Of a stretch of DNA of 64,000 bases, positions 27,037 to 36,603 are shown one piece after another. How positions within the stretch are numbered: the first letter of the stretch is position 1; the number at the start of each line of letters is the position of its first letter. This DNA comes from a bacterium. Lineage in GTDB: Bacteria > Omnitrophota > Gorgyraeia > Zapsychrales > Zapsychraceae. The position numbers were made by a program, and so were the translations under genes. The notes beneath the pieces were generated by a model that was not told where the DNA came from, ran no database searches, and saw only the letters and a program-made list of their open reading frames with translations. The DNA is taken from NCBI GenBank assembly GCA_030429765.1, contig JAUIER010000003.1, positions 16,402 to 80,401 of the forward strand. The letters run 5' to 3'.

Positions 27037-27948
27037 ATGATACCCAAAGACCTGTTTAAGAAAATCAAACAGATTGAAATCACCACCTCCAGGCTGGTGA
27101 CGGATGTATTTGCCGGCCAGTATCACAGTGTATTCAAGGGGCAGGGGATTGAGTTTGATGAGGTGCGTGAGTATCAGATGGGCGATGATATCCGCAGCAT
27201 TGACTGGAATGTGACCGCGCGGACCGGCAAACCGCATGTAAAGAAATTTATCGAGGAGCGGGAGCTGACCGTAATGATCCTCGTCGATGTGTCGGCCTCG
27301 GCCATGTTTGGATCAACACACGAGATCAAGAGCCAGCTGGCGGCGGAGATGTCGGCGCTGTTGGCCTTATCAGCGATCCGTAATAATGATAAAGTCGGAT
27401 TGATCATCTTTACGGATGAGGTTGAGAAGTTTATTCCGCCGCGCAAGGGGCGAGGTCATGTGCTTCGACTGATCCGTGAGGTTTTGTATTTTGTTCCCCA
27501 GGGCAAACACACCAATATAACCAATGCGTTGGAATTTTTGAGCCGGGTGACCTCCCGCAAAACAATATCATTCTTGATTTCAGACTTTCTGGGGCATAAT
27601 TTGGACCGTCCGGACGGCGATCCGGATGAGACATTCAAGAAAGTCTTGTCGATTGCGAATCAGCGTCATGATTTGATCGCGATCACCATGAATGATCCCA
27701 ATGAACAGCGTCTTCCCAAGAGCGGTATCCTGCTGCTGGAGGACGCGGAGACCGGTGAGCTGGTCTATGTCGATTCGAACAGCTCAACCGTGCGCGACCG
27801 ATATGAAAAAAATAACGCCCGGCGAATCGCCAAGCGTGAACAATTATTCCGCTCGCTGGGAATCGATCATATGGATGTGTCGACCGATTCGTCGTATGCC
27901 GACGAGGTGGTTAAATTTTTCCGTCAACGGATACGTAAGCAGCGTTAA
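27037..27948 (+). CDS. DUF58 domain protein (MoxR-associated)
   Basis: GQYHSVFKGQGIEFDEVREYQMGDDIRSIDWNVTAR, EERELTV, DVSAS, ISDF. ATG 27037 (MIPKDL) preferred to GTG 26953. Confidence 0.95.
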   Translation: MIPKDLFKKIKQIEITTSRLVTDVFAGQYHSVFKGQGIEFDEVREYQMGDDIRSIDWNVTARTGKPHVKKFIEERELTVMILVDVSASAMFGSTHEIKSQLAAEMSALLALSAIRNNDKVGLIIFTDEVEKFIPPRKGRGHVLRLIREVLYFVPQGKHTNITNALEFLSRVTSRKTISFLISDFLGHNLDRPDGDPDETFKKVLSIANQRHDLIAITMNDPNEQRLPKSGILLLEDAETGELVYVDSNSSTVRDRYEKNNARRIAKREQLFRSLGIDHMDVSTDSSYADEVVKFFRQRIRKQR

Positions 27949-28541
27949 TGCCGGTTATGAAACATTTTTGTAAACACACAATTTGGATGGGCTGGGTATG
28001 TCTGCTTCCTAGTCTTGTCAATGCTCAGGAGGAGGGCGGATTGCGTGACATCCGCGGGCCGGTGGAATATCCGTCGTTTCCGTGGGGATCTTTTATCACC
28101 ACGCTGGTGCTCTTGTTGCTGATCGGCGGCGGATTATACTTTTATCTCGAGCGTAAGCGACGCCTCAAGGCCAAGTCCCAAGTCGCCAAGTTGCCGTGGC
28201 AGATTGCTCAGGAAAAAATCAAGGCCTTGCTGGCTTCAGACTTGTTGTCGAGCAAACAGTACGAAACATTCTACGCGCGGTTATCAGATGTCTTACGCGA
28301 ATATATCGAAAATCGTTTTGGAATCCGCGCGGTTGAGATGACGACGGACGAATTCCTGACATCTCTAAAGGACAATCAGTCTCTCGCTGACAATCACAAG
28401 CGTCTGCTGAAGCAGTTTCTCGAATATGCGGATATGGTGAAGTTTGCTAAATTCACGCCGAATCAGAAAGATGTCGAAGAAGGTTATGAAGCGGCCCGTA
28501 AGTTTATCACTCAGACGCAGCGTCGATCCGGAGGGGCGTAA
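27948..28541 (+). CDS. Membrane protein of bat operon (DUF4381-like)
   Basis: Signal/TM, LRDIRGP, TM, then LREYIE...EMTTDE...ADMVKFAK typical of the ORF between DUF58 and batA. Confidence 0.75.
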   Translation: MPVMKHFCKHTIWMGWVCLLPSLVNAQEEGGLRDIRGPVEYPSFPWGSFITTLVLLLLIGGGLYFYLERKRRLKAKSQVAKLPWQIAQEKIKALLASDLLSSKQYETFYARLSDVLREYIENRFGIRAVEMTTDEFLTSLKDNQSLADNHKRLLKQFLEYADMVKFAKFTPNQKDVEEGYEAARKFITQTQRRSGGA

Positions 28542-29533
28542 TGGTATTTAAAACACCGTGGATACTCGCGTTGATCCCCATCGTGCTGGCCGGGATCTGG
28601 TGGATGCGCCGGGACAGAAAACCGACGACATTTCGTTTTTCCTCCCAGCAGCTGGTGGGAGGTGTCGGGAGTTCATTGCGTACGCGTTTACTGCCGTTGC
28701 CGACGATCCTTCGTTACATGGTGCTGACCTTGTTTATCTTTGCCCTGGCCGGACCCAGATTTGTGTCCGAGGAGACGGTCCGCAAAACGCAGGGGATTGA
28801 CATTGTGTTGACCATCGACGCATCGGGCAGTATGGCGGCCGAAGATTTTAATATCGGTGACAAACGTGTGAATCGTCTCACGATAGTCAAAGAGGTGGTG
28901 GCCGAATTTATTGAACAGCGGGACAGTGACCGTATCGGATTGATTACCTTTGCCGCGTTGGCCTACACCGTGACACCGCTGACGACCGACTATTCGTGGC
29001 TGCTGGAGAATCTCAAACGCGTTCGGTTAGGGATGATCCAGGATGGAACAGCGATTGGTTCGGCGATTATGTCATCGGTGGCCCGCTTAAAGGACAGTGA
29101 CGCGAAAAGTAAGGTGGCGATTCTGCTGACGGACGGAGTCAACAACGGTCGTGAGGTCGATCCGATTGAAGCCGCGCGCGTGGCCAAGTCATTCGGGGTA
29201 AAGATTTACACTATCGGTGCCGGCACGTCGGGCTATGTGCCGTTTCCGATGCGGGCGTTCGGCCGTCAGATTTATCGCGACGTCAAGATCGATCTTGATG
29301 AAGATGTGCTGAAGGAAGTCGCATATATCACCGGCGGCAAGTATTTTCGGGCGATGGATGCGGCCAAGTTGAGAGCGATCTATGATGAAATCGATCAGCT
29401 TGAAAAAACGGAAGTCGAAGAGCTTGGCTATTTCGAATACACCGAATTATTTGGATGGTTTCTCGGAGCGGGTATGATTTTGCTGTTGCTGGAGATCCTT
29501 TTGAAAAATACTTGGCTGCTGAGGGTTCCCTAA
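28541..29533 (+). CDS. batA: BatA-like VWA domain membrane protein
   Basis: N-terminal BatA TM hairpin (ALAGP), MIDAS DASGS, GTAIG, LLTDG, TGGKYFRA. Confidence 0.9.
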   Translation: MVFKTPWILALIPIVLAGIWWMRRDRKPTTFRFSSQQLVGGVGSSLRTRLLPLPTILRYMVLTLFIFALAGPRFVSEETVRKTQGIDIVLTIDASGSMAAEDFNIGDKRVNRLTIVKEVVAEFIEQRDSDRIGLITFAALAYTVTPLTTDYSWLLENLKRVRLGMIQDGTAIGSAIMSSVARLKDSDAKSKVAILLTDGVNNGREVDPIEAARVAKSFGVKIYTIGAGTSGYVPFPMRAFGRQIYRDVKIDLDEDVLKEVAYITGGKYFRAMDAAKLRAIYDEIDQLEKTEVEELGYFEYTELFGWFLGAGMILLLLEILLKNTWLLRVP

Positions 29534-29534
29534 A

Positions 29535-30548
29535 ATGCAATTTGAACAATCGTGGATGCTGAATTTGTTGTGGGCCGTATTGTTGCTGGTCGGATTCTTA
29601 CGCTGGGCAGCGGTCTATAGGGAAGGTGTGATCCGGAAGTTCGTCGACCAGAAGCTTGTCGACAAAGTTGTCATCAACGCCGGGCGCGGAGTGCAATTGT
29701 ATCGTCACATACTGATCGTTGGCGTCTTCGTCTTTGCCATCCTGGCGTTAAGCCGCCCGCAATGGGGATTTGAGTGGCAGGAGGTCAAACGTAAGGCCAT
29801 CGATATCATTGTGGTGATCGATACATCCAAAAGTATGCTGACACAGGATGTCAAACCCAATCGTCTGGAACGCACTAAGTTGGCCGTTAAGGATCTGCTT
29901 AAGAAATTGCGCGGGGATCGAATCGGGCTGATCGCGTTTTCCGGTGAGGCATTCCTGATGTGTCCTTTAACCAGTGATTATAATGGATTTGTACTCAGCC
30001 TCAATGATCTCGACGTGGACTCGGTGCCGCGCGGCGGAACGAATCTGGAGCGGGCCCTGCAGGTCGGACTGGAAAGTTTTGATGAGACGAACAGTCAGTA
30101 CAAAACGATTATTGTTGTCACCGATGGCGACAATCTCGAGGGGGACCCGACCGCGGTGGCCAGACGGGCGCGCGAGGAAGGGGTTAAGATCTATGCGATC
30201 GGCATCGGAACACGCGAAGGAGAGCTGATTCAGATATCAGATGCCGGCGATGCCCCCACGTTTCTCAAGGACTCCGAAGGTAATTTCGTGAAGTCACGTT
30301 TAAATGAGGCGCTGCTTAAGCAAATTTCGCTGATTACCGAAGGTGCCTACGTCAAGGCCAGCGGCGCGCAATTTGGACTGGACCTGATATACGAGCGTGA
30401 TCTATCGAAACTCGAGAAGCGAGAGCTGCAAACCCGGATGCAGAAAAAGTATTTTGACCGGTTTCAATGGCCGTTAACGGTCGCGTTAATCCTGTTGGTG
30501 ATGGAATCATGTTTACCCCGACGAAAAAAACAACTTGTGCAGTCTTAG
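29535..30548 (+). CDS. batB: BatB-like VWA domain membrane protein
   Basis: ALSRPQWG, DTSKSMLTQDVKPNRL, CPLTSDY, VTDGD, KSRLNE, RFQWPL. Confidence 0.9.
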   Translation: MQFEQSWMLNLLWAVLLLVGFLRWAAVYREGVIRKFVDQKLVDKVVINAGRGVQLYRHILIVGVFVFAILALSRPQWGFEWQEVKRKAIDIIVVIDTSKSMLTQDVKPNRLERTKLAVKDLLKKLRGDRIGLIAFSGEAFLMCPLTSDYNGFVLSLNDLDVDSVPRGGTNLERALQVGLESFDETNSQYKTIIVVTDGDNLEGDPTAVARRAREEGVKIYAIGIGTREGELIQISDAGDAPTFLKDSEGNFVKSRLNEALLKQISLITEGAYVKASGAQFGLDLIYERDLSKLEKRELQTRMQKKYFDRFQWPLTVALILLVMESCLPRRKKQLVQS

Positions 30549-31702
30549 GTTGGCTTGCGGCCAGCTCGTGTATGGTGACGACGGTCTCGGCCGATAATGT
30601 GGCCAAGCAGACCCGTACGGGCAACCGTCTGTACGAGGCGGACGACTTTGCCGGAGCGCTGGAAAAATACAAGCAGGCCTTAAAAATTAATCCGGAATCT
30701 GGTATCATTAATTTCAATGTCGGAAGTGCGTACTATAAGGCCGGTGAGTATGAATCGGCCGTTGAGCATCTGCAGCGGTCCGTGCTGACCGATGATGATC
30801 AGCTGCGGCAGCGGGCGCATTATAATTTGGGCAATGCGCGCTATCAGTACGGTCGGGGTTTCGTGCAGAAAGACAAGCCAAAAGCCATTGAGCAGTACGA
30901 GCAAGCGATTCGTGAATACGACAAGGTTATAGTCGCCCGGCCGGATGATGAGGATGCGTTGCACAATCGAAAGATCGTCCAGGATGAGCTGGACCGTTTG
31001 AAGCAGGAACAGGCCAGTCAGCCCAACCAGCAGAGTCAGCAAAGTCAGGACGATCAGAACAAAGATTCTCAGTCTGATAATCAGGATCAAAACAACGATC
31101 AGTCAAATCAGTCCGACCAGAACGATGATTCCTCACAGCAGGATCAGTCCGACGACTCGAATCAGGACGAAAATCAGGAAGATCAGTCGGACTCGGAGAA
31201 TCAGCCGGACGATTCCCAGGATCAGCCGGATGATTCGCAAGATCAGCCGCAGAATCAGGATCAATCTGATGAGTCGGAGGATGATTCACAATCTGATCAC
31301 TCGTCGACGGATGATCAGGAGGAACAGAATAATTCTGATGAATCTCAGTCGGATCAGCAAAACAATCAGCAAGATCAGTCGGATAATTCGCAGGGACAGG
31401 ATTCTCCGCAGGATCAGTCTTCGGATTCTCAACAGGACCAAGAGCAGGACGGACAGGGTGATCGGGAGCAGCCGCAGGATGGTCAGGAAAATCAGCCGTC
31501 CGATCAGAACGACAATCAACAGCCGCCCGATTCTCAGGGCGATGGGCGTTCCGGTATGTCACCGCAGCCGGTGGATATCAGTGATTTGACGGCCGGGGAG
31601 GCCGAGATGATGCTGAGAAATTATCAGCAATCGATTGAACCCACGGAGTTATTGAATTTTAATCCGCCAAGCCGGGGCGTTCCGGTATTGAAGGATTGGT
31701 AA
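30509..31702 (+). CDS. batC: BatC-like TPR protein with Q/D/N/S low-complexity tract
   Basis: GNRLY...FNVGSAYYKAG...HYNLGNARY TPRs, long QDNS-rich linker, terminal KDW. Start uncertain (ATG 30509 chosen). Confidence 0.85.
   Translation: MFTPTKKTTCAVLGWLAASSCMVTTVSADNVAKQTRTGNRLYEADDFAGALEKYKQALKINPESGIINFNVGSAYYKAGEYESAVEHLQRSVLTDDDQLRQRAHYNLGNARYQYGRGFVQKDKPKAIEQYEQAIREYDKVIVARPDDEDALHNRKIVQDELDRLKQEQASQPNQQSQQSQDDQNKDSQSDNQDQNNDQSNQSDQNDDSSQQDQSDDSNQDENQEDQSDSENQPDDSQDQPDDSQDQPQNQDQSDESEDDSQSDHSSTDDQEEQNNSDESQSDQQNNQQDQSDNSQGQDSPQDQSSDSQQDQEQDGQGDREQPQDGQENQPSDQNDNQQPPDSQGDGRSGMSPQPVDISDLTAGEAEMMLRNYQQSIEPTELLNFNPPSRGVPVLKDW
31020..31540 (+). repeat. Low-complexity GATCAG/CAGGA-rich coding repeat (includes a 21-bp tandem unit at 31200-31249)
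   Basis: Encodes about 170 aa of mostly Q/D/S/N; ATCAGCCGGACGATTCCCAGG / ATCAGCCGGATGATTCGCAAG tandem pair. Confidence 0.75.
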
Positions 31703-31706
31703 GCCG

Positions 31707-33524
31707 ATGAATCAATTTGCCATAAGTTTATTCAATAGATGGATCAGGCCTGTCTTTGGATTATGCCTGATGTGTATGCTGCTGACAGCCGCACCGGCAC
31801 AAGCGCAGGATATATCTATCGAAGCCACGGTGAATGTGAACCGCATTCCGCTGGGCTCGGCGGTGAATTTGACCATCACCATCAAAGGCACGCAGAATGT
31901 CTCGGCCTTTGACTTGCCGCCCATTCCGGATTTTGATACCAAGTTTATCGGACCGTCGCGCAATATCTCCGTCGTGAACAATCAGTACACCACATCTATT
32001 TCGTTTACATACTCAATGCTGCCGTTAAAGGCCGGTAAGCTTCAGATCCCGATGCTTCAGGTCACAATTGATGGTAACACATATTCAACTGACGCTATCA
32101 TGCTGGATGTTTATGATCCCGCCGTGGAAGGGGATGGTCCGCAGGCGGAAACAGAACTCAGAGAAAAGATCTTTGTGCAGCTTCAGGTCCCGTCGGAAGA
32201 GGTTTATATCAATGAGCCGATGCAGGTAAAGGTTTTTCTCTATACGTCGGGGGTGGCAATCCGCGACATCCAGTATCCCAAAATGGACATGACCGGATTT
32301 ATTGACGAGGCCTATGAGCAGCCCCGGCAATATCAACAGGTGATTGAGGGTAAGCGATTTGAGATCGTTGAATTTGAAAAGTCGGTGTATCCCACCCGGA
32401 CCGGTGAATTGTCGATTGGTCCGGCACAGGTGGATTGCAATATTGTGATGCGCAACAATCGGCGCCGCGGCAGCAGTTTGATGGAAGATGATTTCTTCAG
32501 CGCATTTTTTGACCGGGGCGAAAAGCGTCCGGCCAAGCTATTGTCTGATCCGGTCAAGCTGACGGTTAAGCCATTGCCCAAAGAGGGGCAGCCGGCGAGT
32601 TTTACCGGCGGCGTGGGCAATCTGGATTTCAGTGCGGATATCAGTCCGGCTGAGGTGAACGTCGGCGATCCGATCACCTTAAGGATGAAGATTCAGGGCA
32701 AAGGGAACCTTAACGCCGTGGCCTTTCCCGAGCTCAAGAACTCCGATCAATTCAAACTTTATGATCCAATCATCAAGGAAGAAGGACGCGTCAAGACGCT
32801 GGAGCAGGTCTTGATCCCCAAATCGACCGATGTGACGGAGATCCCGGCGTTTGATTTTTCCTACTTTAACATCAGCCTCAATAAATATGTGGAAAGCCGG
32901 GAAGGGCCGTTCCCGATCAAGGTATCGCCCGCCGAGCAGGATGGCGGTTTGACCATGGTTGGCGGATTGGGTCAGAGTTCAATCATTGTTCCGCCGGAAC
33001 AATTGGGCGAGGACATTGTGTTTATCAAGGACAGTCCCGGCAAATTTCATCGTTTGGGACAACGGATGTATAATTCCGTTTCGTTCTATGTGGTGTTGAT
33101 TCTGGTGATGGCAGCGCTCATCGGCGGGTATATCTGGTACCGGCTGACGCATCGGCTGGAAACGGATTCGGCGTTTGCCCGTAAACTCAAGGCGTCCAAG
33201 CTCGCCAAACGCGGGCTTAAACATACCCAGCAGTTGATGGAACAGGGCAAGGAGCAAGAGTTTTACGACGAAACGTTTAAACTGCTCAAGCGGTACTTAT
33301 CCGACAAACTCGTGATTCCGGCGGGTACGGTGAATATCCATCAGGTCAGAGAAAAGGTTAAGGATCTGTCCTTTGATGAAATGATCCTGAGCGCGGTCAA
33401 AACAACCTTTGATGAATGCGAGTCCATCCGTTACGCCTCCGCCAGGATCTCTAACGGTCAGATGCAGGCGACCCAATCGCGTGTTCAAAAAGTGATCGAG
33501 TATTTCGAAAGGAAGGTGCGCTGA
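31707..33524 (+). CDS. batD: BatD-family protein
   Basis: Signal peptide (AQA|Q), repeated Ig-like BatD units, LTVKPLP...FTGGVG, VGDPITL...GKGNL, C-terminal TM. Confidence 0.88.
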   Translation: MNQFAISLFNRWIRPVFGLCLMCMLLTAAPAQAQDISIEATVNVNRIPLGSAVNLTITIKGTQNVSAFDLPPIPDFDTKFIGPSRNISVVNNQYTTSISFTYSMLPLKAGKLQIPMLQVTIDGNTYSTDAIMLDVYDPAVEGDGPQAETELREKIFVQLQVPSEEVYINEPMQVKVFLYTSGVAIRDIQYPKMDMTGFIDEAYEQPRQYQQVIEGKRFEIVEFEKSVYPTRTGELSIGPAQVDCNIVMRNNRRRGSSLMEDDFFSAFFDRGEKRPAKLLSDPVKLTVKPLPKEGQPASFTGGVGNLDFSADISPAEVNVGDPITLRMKIQGKGNLNAVAFPELKNSDQFKLYDPIIKEEGRVKTLEQVLIPKSTDVTEIPAFDFSYFNISLNKYVESREGPFPIKVSPAEQDGGLTMVGGLGQSSIIVPPEQLGEDIVFIKDSPGKFHRLGQRMYNSVSFYVVLILVMAALIGGYIWYRLTHRLETDSAFARKLKASKLAKRGLKHTQQLMEQGKEQEFYDETFKLLKRYLSDKLVIPAGTVNIHQVREKVKDLSFDEMILSAVKTTFDECESIRYASARISNGQMQATQSRVQKVIEYFERKVR

Positions 33525-34285
33525 TGAAGTGGACCCGCGGGATGATAGGTGTAGTGCTATTGTTGATGAGCGCGTTTTCGGCCGAGGCCGCCATGCCGCA
33601 GCAGGAAGCGGTGTCTCAATTTGTCCTGGGCAATCAGGCTTACAAAGAAGGTGCTTACGAAAAAGCGATTGAGGAATACCGCGCGATTCTCGAAGGCGAC
33701 CGTGAGAACGGTCATTTGTATTACAACCTGGCCAATGCCTATTTCAAAAACAGACAACTCGGTTATTCTATTCTAAACTATGAGCGGGCGCGGCGGCTCA
33801 TGCCGCGCGACAGCGACTTGAAATTTAATCTGGCCTACGCCGAATCACTGGTCCGTAAGACGGCACAGCCCGAACCGGCGGGATTCGTTTCGGAGATGAT
33901 CAGCGGTCACGTGAACTTTTATACGTTGGACGAAATGTTCCTGATGACGACGGTTCTGGTGGTATTGCTCGGTGCGGTATTTTTGATGTCACGTTTCCTG
34001 AAATGGCCGAGGGTGATGAAGACGGTCAGTCGCAGTGTCCTGATCATCCTGATCCTGGTTTACAGTATCGGTTTAATTCTCAAGGTCCGCGTGACGGCGG
34101 ATCAGGCGGTTATCGTATCCAATACACCGGCCAATTTTGAGCCGTTAGAGACCGCGACAATGCGTTTCGAATTATTTGAAGGGATGAAGGTAAAGGTGCT
34201 AAGATACAAAGATGGATGGGTCAAGGTCGAGCGGGATGACGGGCTGTTGGGCTGGGTCACGCAGACGTCGCTTGAAGAGATTTAG
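33524..34285 (+). CDS. batE: BatE-like TPR + SH3 protein
   Basis: GNQAYKEG...LYYNLANAYFK...ILNYERA...DLKFNL, two TMs, FELFEGMKV...WVKV...GWV SH3b. Confidence 0.88.
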   Translation: MKWTRGMIGVVLLLMSAFSAEAAMPQQEAVSQFVLGNQAYKEGAYEKAIEEYRAILEGDRENGHLYYNLANAYFKNRQLGYSILNYERARRLMPRDSDLKFNLAYAESLVRKTAQPEPAGFVSEMISGHVNFYTLDEMFLMTTVLVVLLGAVFLMSRFLKWPRVMKTVSRSVLIILILVYSIGLILKVRVTADQAVIVSNTPANFEPLETATMRFELFEGMKVKVLRYKDGWVKVERDDGLLGWVTQTSLEEI

Positions 34286-34312
34286 TCCAGGATAACCAGT
34301 ACTCACAAGGAT

Positions 34313-34741
34313 ATGGCGTCGAATTTCTACACGGTAAAAACACTATTTCGTTCGCAGGCCAAAGGGCGTCCCAAGTTACCGGACCGGTTTTTTGATCCGG
34401 ATGCGACTTTACTCGAAGAACGGATTCAACTGATCAAGGCCAAAAGCCGGGTCGAAGCCTTGAAGAAGGCCGAAAAGGACGCCCGTGAATACGCCAAGCG
34501 GATTCGTTATCAGAATCCCTACGATCAGGACGTGACACTGGAGTATTTGGGGCTCAATGAGATTTTTGAGGTTGAGCATGCGTTACAGGATAAAACAGAG
34601 ATCTATTCCAGCAGTCGAATCATCAGTCAGAAAACATCTGTGTCAAAGATTGCGCATACCTATCTCAATAAAAAGCAATCGTTAGAGCACAGCAAGCGAA
34701 AAAAATTTGTTAATAAGGCGTATTTCCATGACCAAAATTAA
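34313..34741 (+). CDS. DUF4288-like protein
   Basis: YTVKTLF...EERIQLIKA...EALKKAE...YQNPY...EIYS pattern. Confidence 0.65.
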   Translation: MASNFYTVKTLFRSQAKGRPKLPDRFFDPDATLLEERIQLIKAKSRVEALKKAEKDAREYAKRIRYQNPYDQDVTLEYLGLNEIFEVEHALQDKTEIYSSSRIISQKTSVSKIAHTYLNKKQSLEHSKRKKFVNKAYFHDQN

Positions 34742-35453
34742 ATGTCGGGGGATTTTGTCAGCATTGTTCCTCATGTGTATATTTGTCTCACCTGTCCAAG
34801 GGCAGGCGCAGTCCAATCAGAATGCCGATCGACTTGAAGCGCTGCGCGAGTTGATGGAGGCCACCGAGGCGGCGGAGGCCGCGGCCAAGAAGGTGGAAGT
34901 CAAGATCAAAACGGTTGAGGCCGAGGAAAAGGACGAGGCGGCTGAAGAGTCCGACGAACCCGAATTCGTCAACTGCTATCAATACTATCAGGAAACCGAA
35001 ACTTGCCCCAAGGAACAATGTAATCTAGGGTGTTTGGGCGGCATCATTTATGAAGATTGTGAAATCGGCTGTGAACCCAAGCCGTGTTTTGAGATTCCGT
35101 TGGAACATTGCCCGACGAGTGTCTGTCAAATCCAGGAAGGCTGCGAAGGGGTAGACGTTTGTTTTCCGCAGAATGACTACGCACCGCCGAGATGTGGAGA
35201 TTTGGCCTATTCCGGATCAGATGTCGAGTGTTGTCCCGGATATGTGAAGCGCTGCGGGATCGAATTTTTTGACGGAACATGTGATATGGCCGGCCGAGAC
35301 AGTATTTACGGGGTGCCTATTTGTCTGCCCTGCGGTAACGGGATTTGCAATCAGTTTGAAAATGCCTGTAACTGTCCGGAAGATTGCCGTCGACGACACA
35401 CGATCAATATCGAATACACGCCGATTCAGCCGCGCCGGTCCGGATCAAAATAG
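34728..35453 (+). CDS. Secreted cysteine-rich protein
   Basis: Signal peptide, short charged helix, then 22 Cys in about 140 aa ending CGNGICNQFENACNCPEDC. Confidence 0.75.
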   Translation: MTKIKCRGILSALFLMCIFVSPVQGQAQSNQNADRLEALRELMEATEAAEAAAKKVEVKIKTVEAEEKDEAAEESDEPEFVNCYQYYQETETCPKEQCNLGCLGGIIYEDCEIGCEPKPCFEIPLEHCPTSVCQIQEGCEGVDVCFPQNDYAPPRCGDLAYSGSDVECCPGYVKRCGIEFFDGTCDMAGRDSIYGVPICLPCGNGICNQFENACNCPEDCRRRHTINIEYTPIQPRRSGSK

Positions 35454-35457
35454 TCTG

Positions 35458-36603
35458 TTACGCTTGAATCGTTTTGAAGATGGCCTCGGCCGCTTTGAGG
35501 GTGGCCGGTGAGGTGCCCAGCGATTCAGTCATCGCCTTTAATTCACGTTTCATTTCCGCGATACGTATTTCATTTGTGAAAATAGCCTGTAGGGCATCGG
35601 CCAGGTCTTTGGGATTGGCGTCATGCTGAATAAATTCAGGAACAACCTCTTTCTGCGCGACGACATTGACCAACGAAATGTGCGGGATCTTGACGACAAG
35701 TTTGGCAAGCGCCCAGGTGCTCCACGACGTCTTGTACATCACTACCATCGGCTTACCCAGGATCGCCGTTTCAAGTGTCGCCGTCCCCGACGTGACCAGA
35801 CAGATATCACACACATTAATTCCGTCGTAGATATGATCCTCGATGATGTTAAAATGGATCGGTATATTTCGGGTCATGTCTTCAATGGTCGATCTCTCTA
35901 TTGACGGGGCCTTGAGGATAACAAACTGCAGCATGGGATAGTCGGCGTGCAGCCGTTCGGCAGTCTCCAACATAACCGGTAAACAGCGTTCGATCTCTTT
36001 TTGACGGGATCCGGGCAATAGGCCCAGCGTGATCTTTTCCTGTTGCAGGGCGAAGAGCTGTGTCGCTTCGGTCTTGGTCATGGATGTCTCGACGGTATCA
36101 ACCAGCGGATGGCCCACAAAGTCCACATCATAATCGTAGCGCGCGTAAAATTCCTTTTCGAAATCAAATAATACCAGCATCCGGTCGATGTATTCTTTGA
36201 TAAAGAATACCCGCTTTTTCTTCCAGGCCCATACCTGCGGGCTGATGTAGTAAATAACTTTGGTATCGAGTTCCTTGAGCTGCTTGGCCAGGCGAAGATT
36301 GAAGCCGGGATAGTCAATGAGAATGACCGCAACGGGTTTTTTCTGCCGGATTTTTTCAAGGATCATATAAAAGATTTTGCGGAATTCGCCATAGTGCTTG
36401 AGTACCTCGACAAAACCCACCACGGCCAGCTTGGTCAGATCATAGTGAATCTCCACGCCGCTTTCACGCATCTTGGGCCCGCCGAGGCCCGAGAACGTTA
36501 AATTGGGATTGAGTTGCTTTAATGCGTCGACGAGAAGGGCGCCGTGAAGGTCGCCCGAATCTTCACCGGCGATTACAACGATATGGTCTGATTGTTTTTC
36601 CAT
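35458..36603 (-). CDS. lpxB: Lipid-A-disaccharide synthase
   Basis: AGEDSGDLHG, IDYPGFN, YYISPQVWAW, FVGHPL, LLPGSRQKEI, SGTATLE. Confidence 0.97.
   Translation of the reverse strand: MEKQSDHIVVIAGEDSGDLHGALLVDALKQLNPNLTFSGLGGPKMRESGVEIHYDLTKLAVVGFVEVLKHYGEFRKIFYMILEKIRQKKPVAVILIDYPGFNLRLAKQLKELDTKVIYYISPQVWAWKKKRVFFIKEYIDRMLVLFDFEKEFYARYDYDVDFVGHPLVDTVETSMTKTEATQLFALQQEKITLGLLPGSRQKEIERCLPVMLETAERLHADYPMLQFVILKAPSIERSTIEDMTRNIPIHFNIIEDHIYDGINVCDICLVTSGTATLETAILGKPMVVMYKTSWSTWALAKLVVKIPHISLVNVVAQKEVVPEFIQHDANPKDLADALQAIFTNEIRIAEMKRELKAMTESLGTSPATLKAAEAIFKTIQA

Noticed and set aside
30680-31589. Several overlapping alternative-frame/antisense ORFs and an apparent repeat array
   Set aside because: These are shadows of the Q/D/N/S low-complexity tract of BatC; there are no constant repeats with unique spacers, so it is not a CRISPR array.
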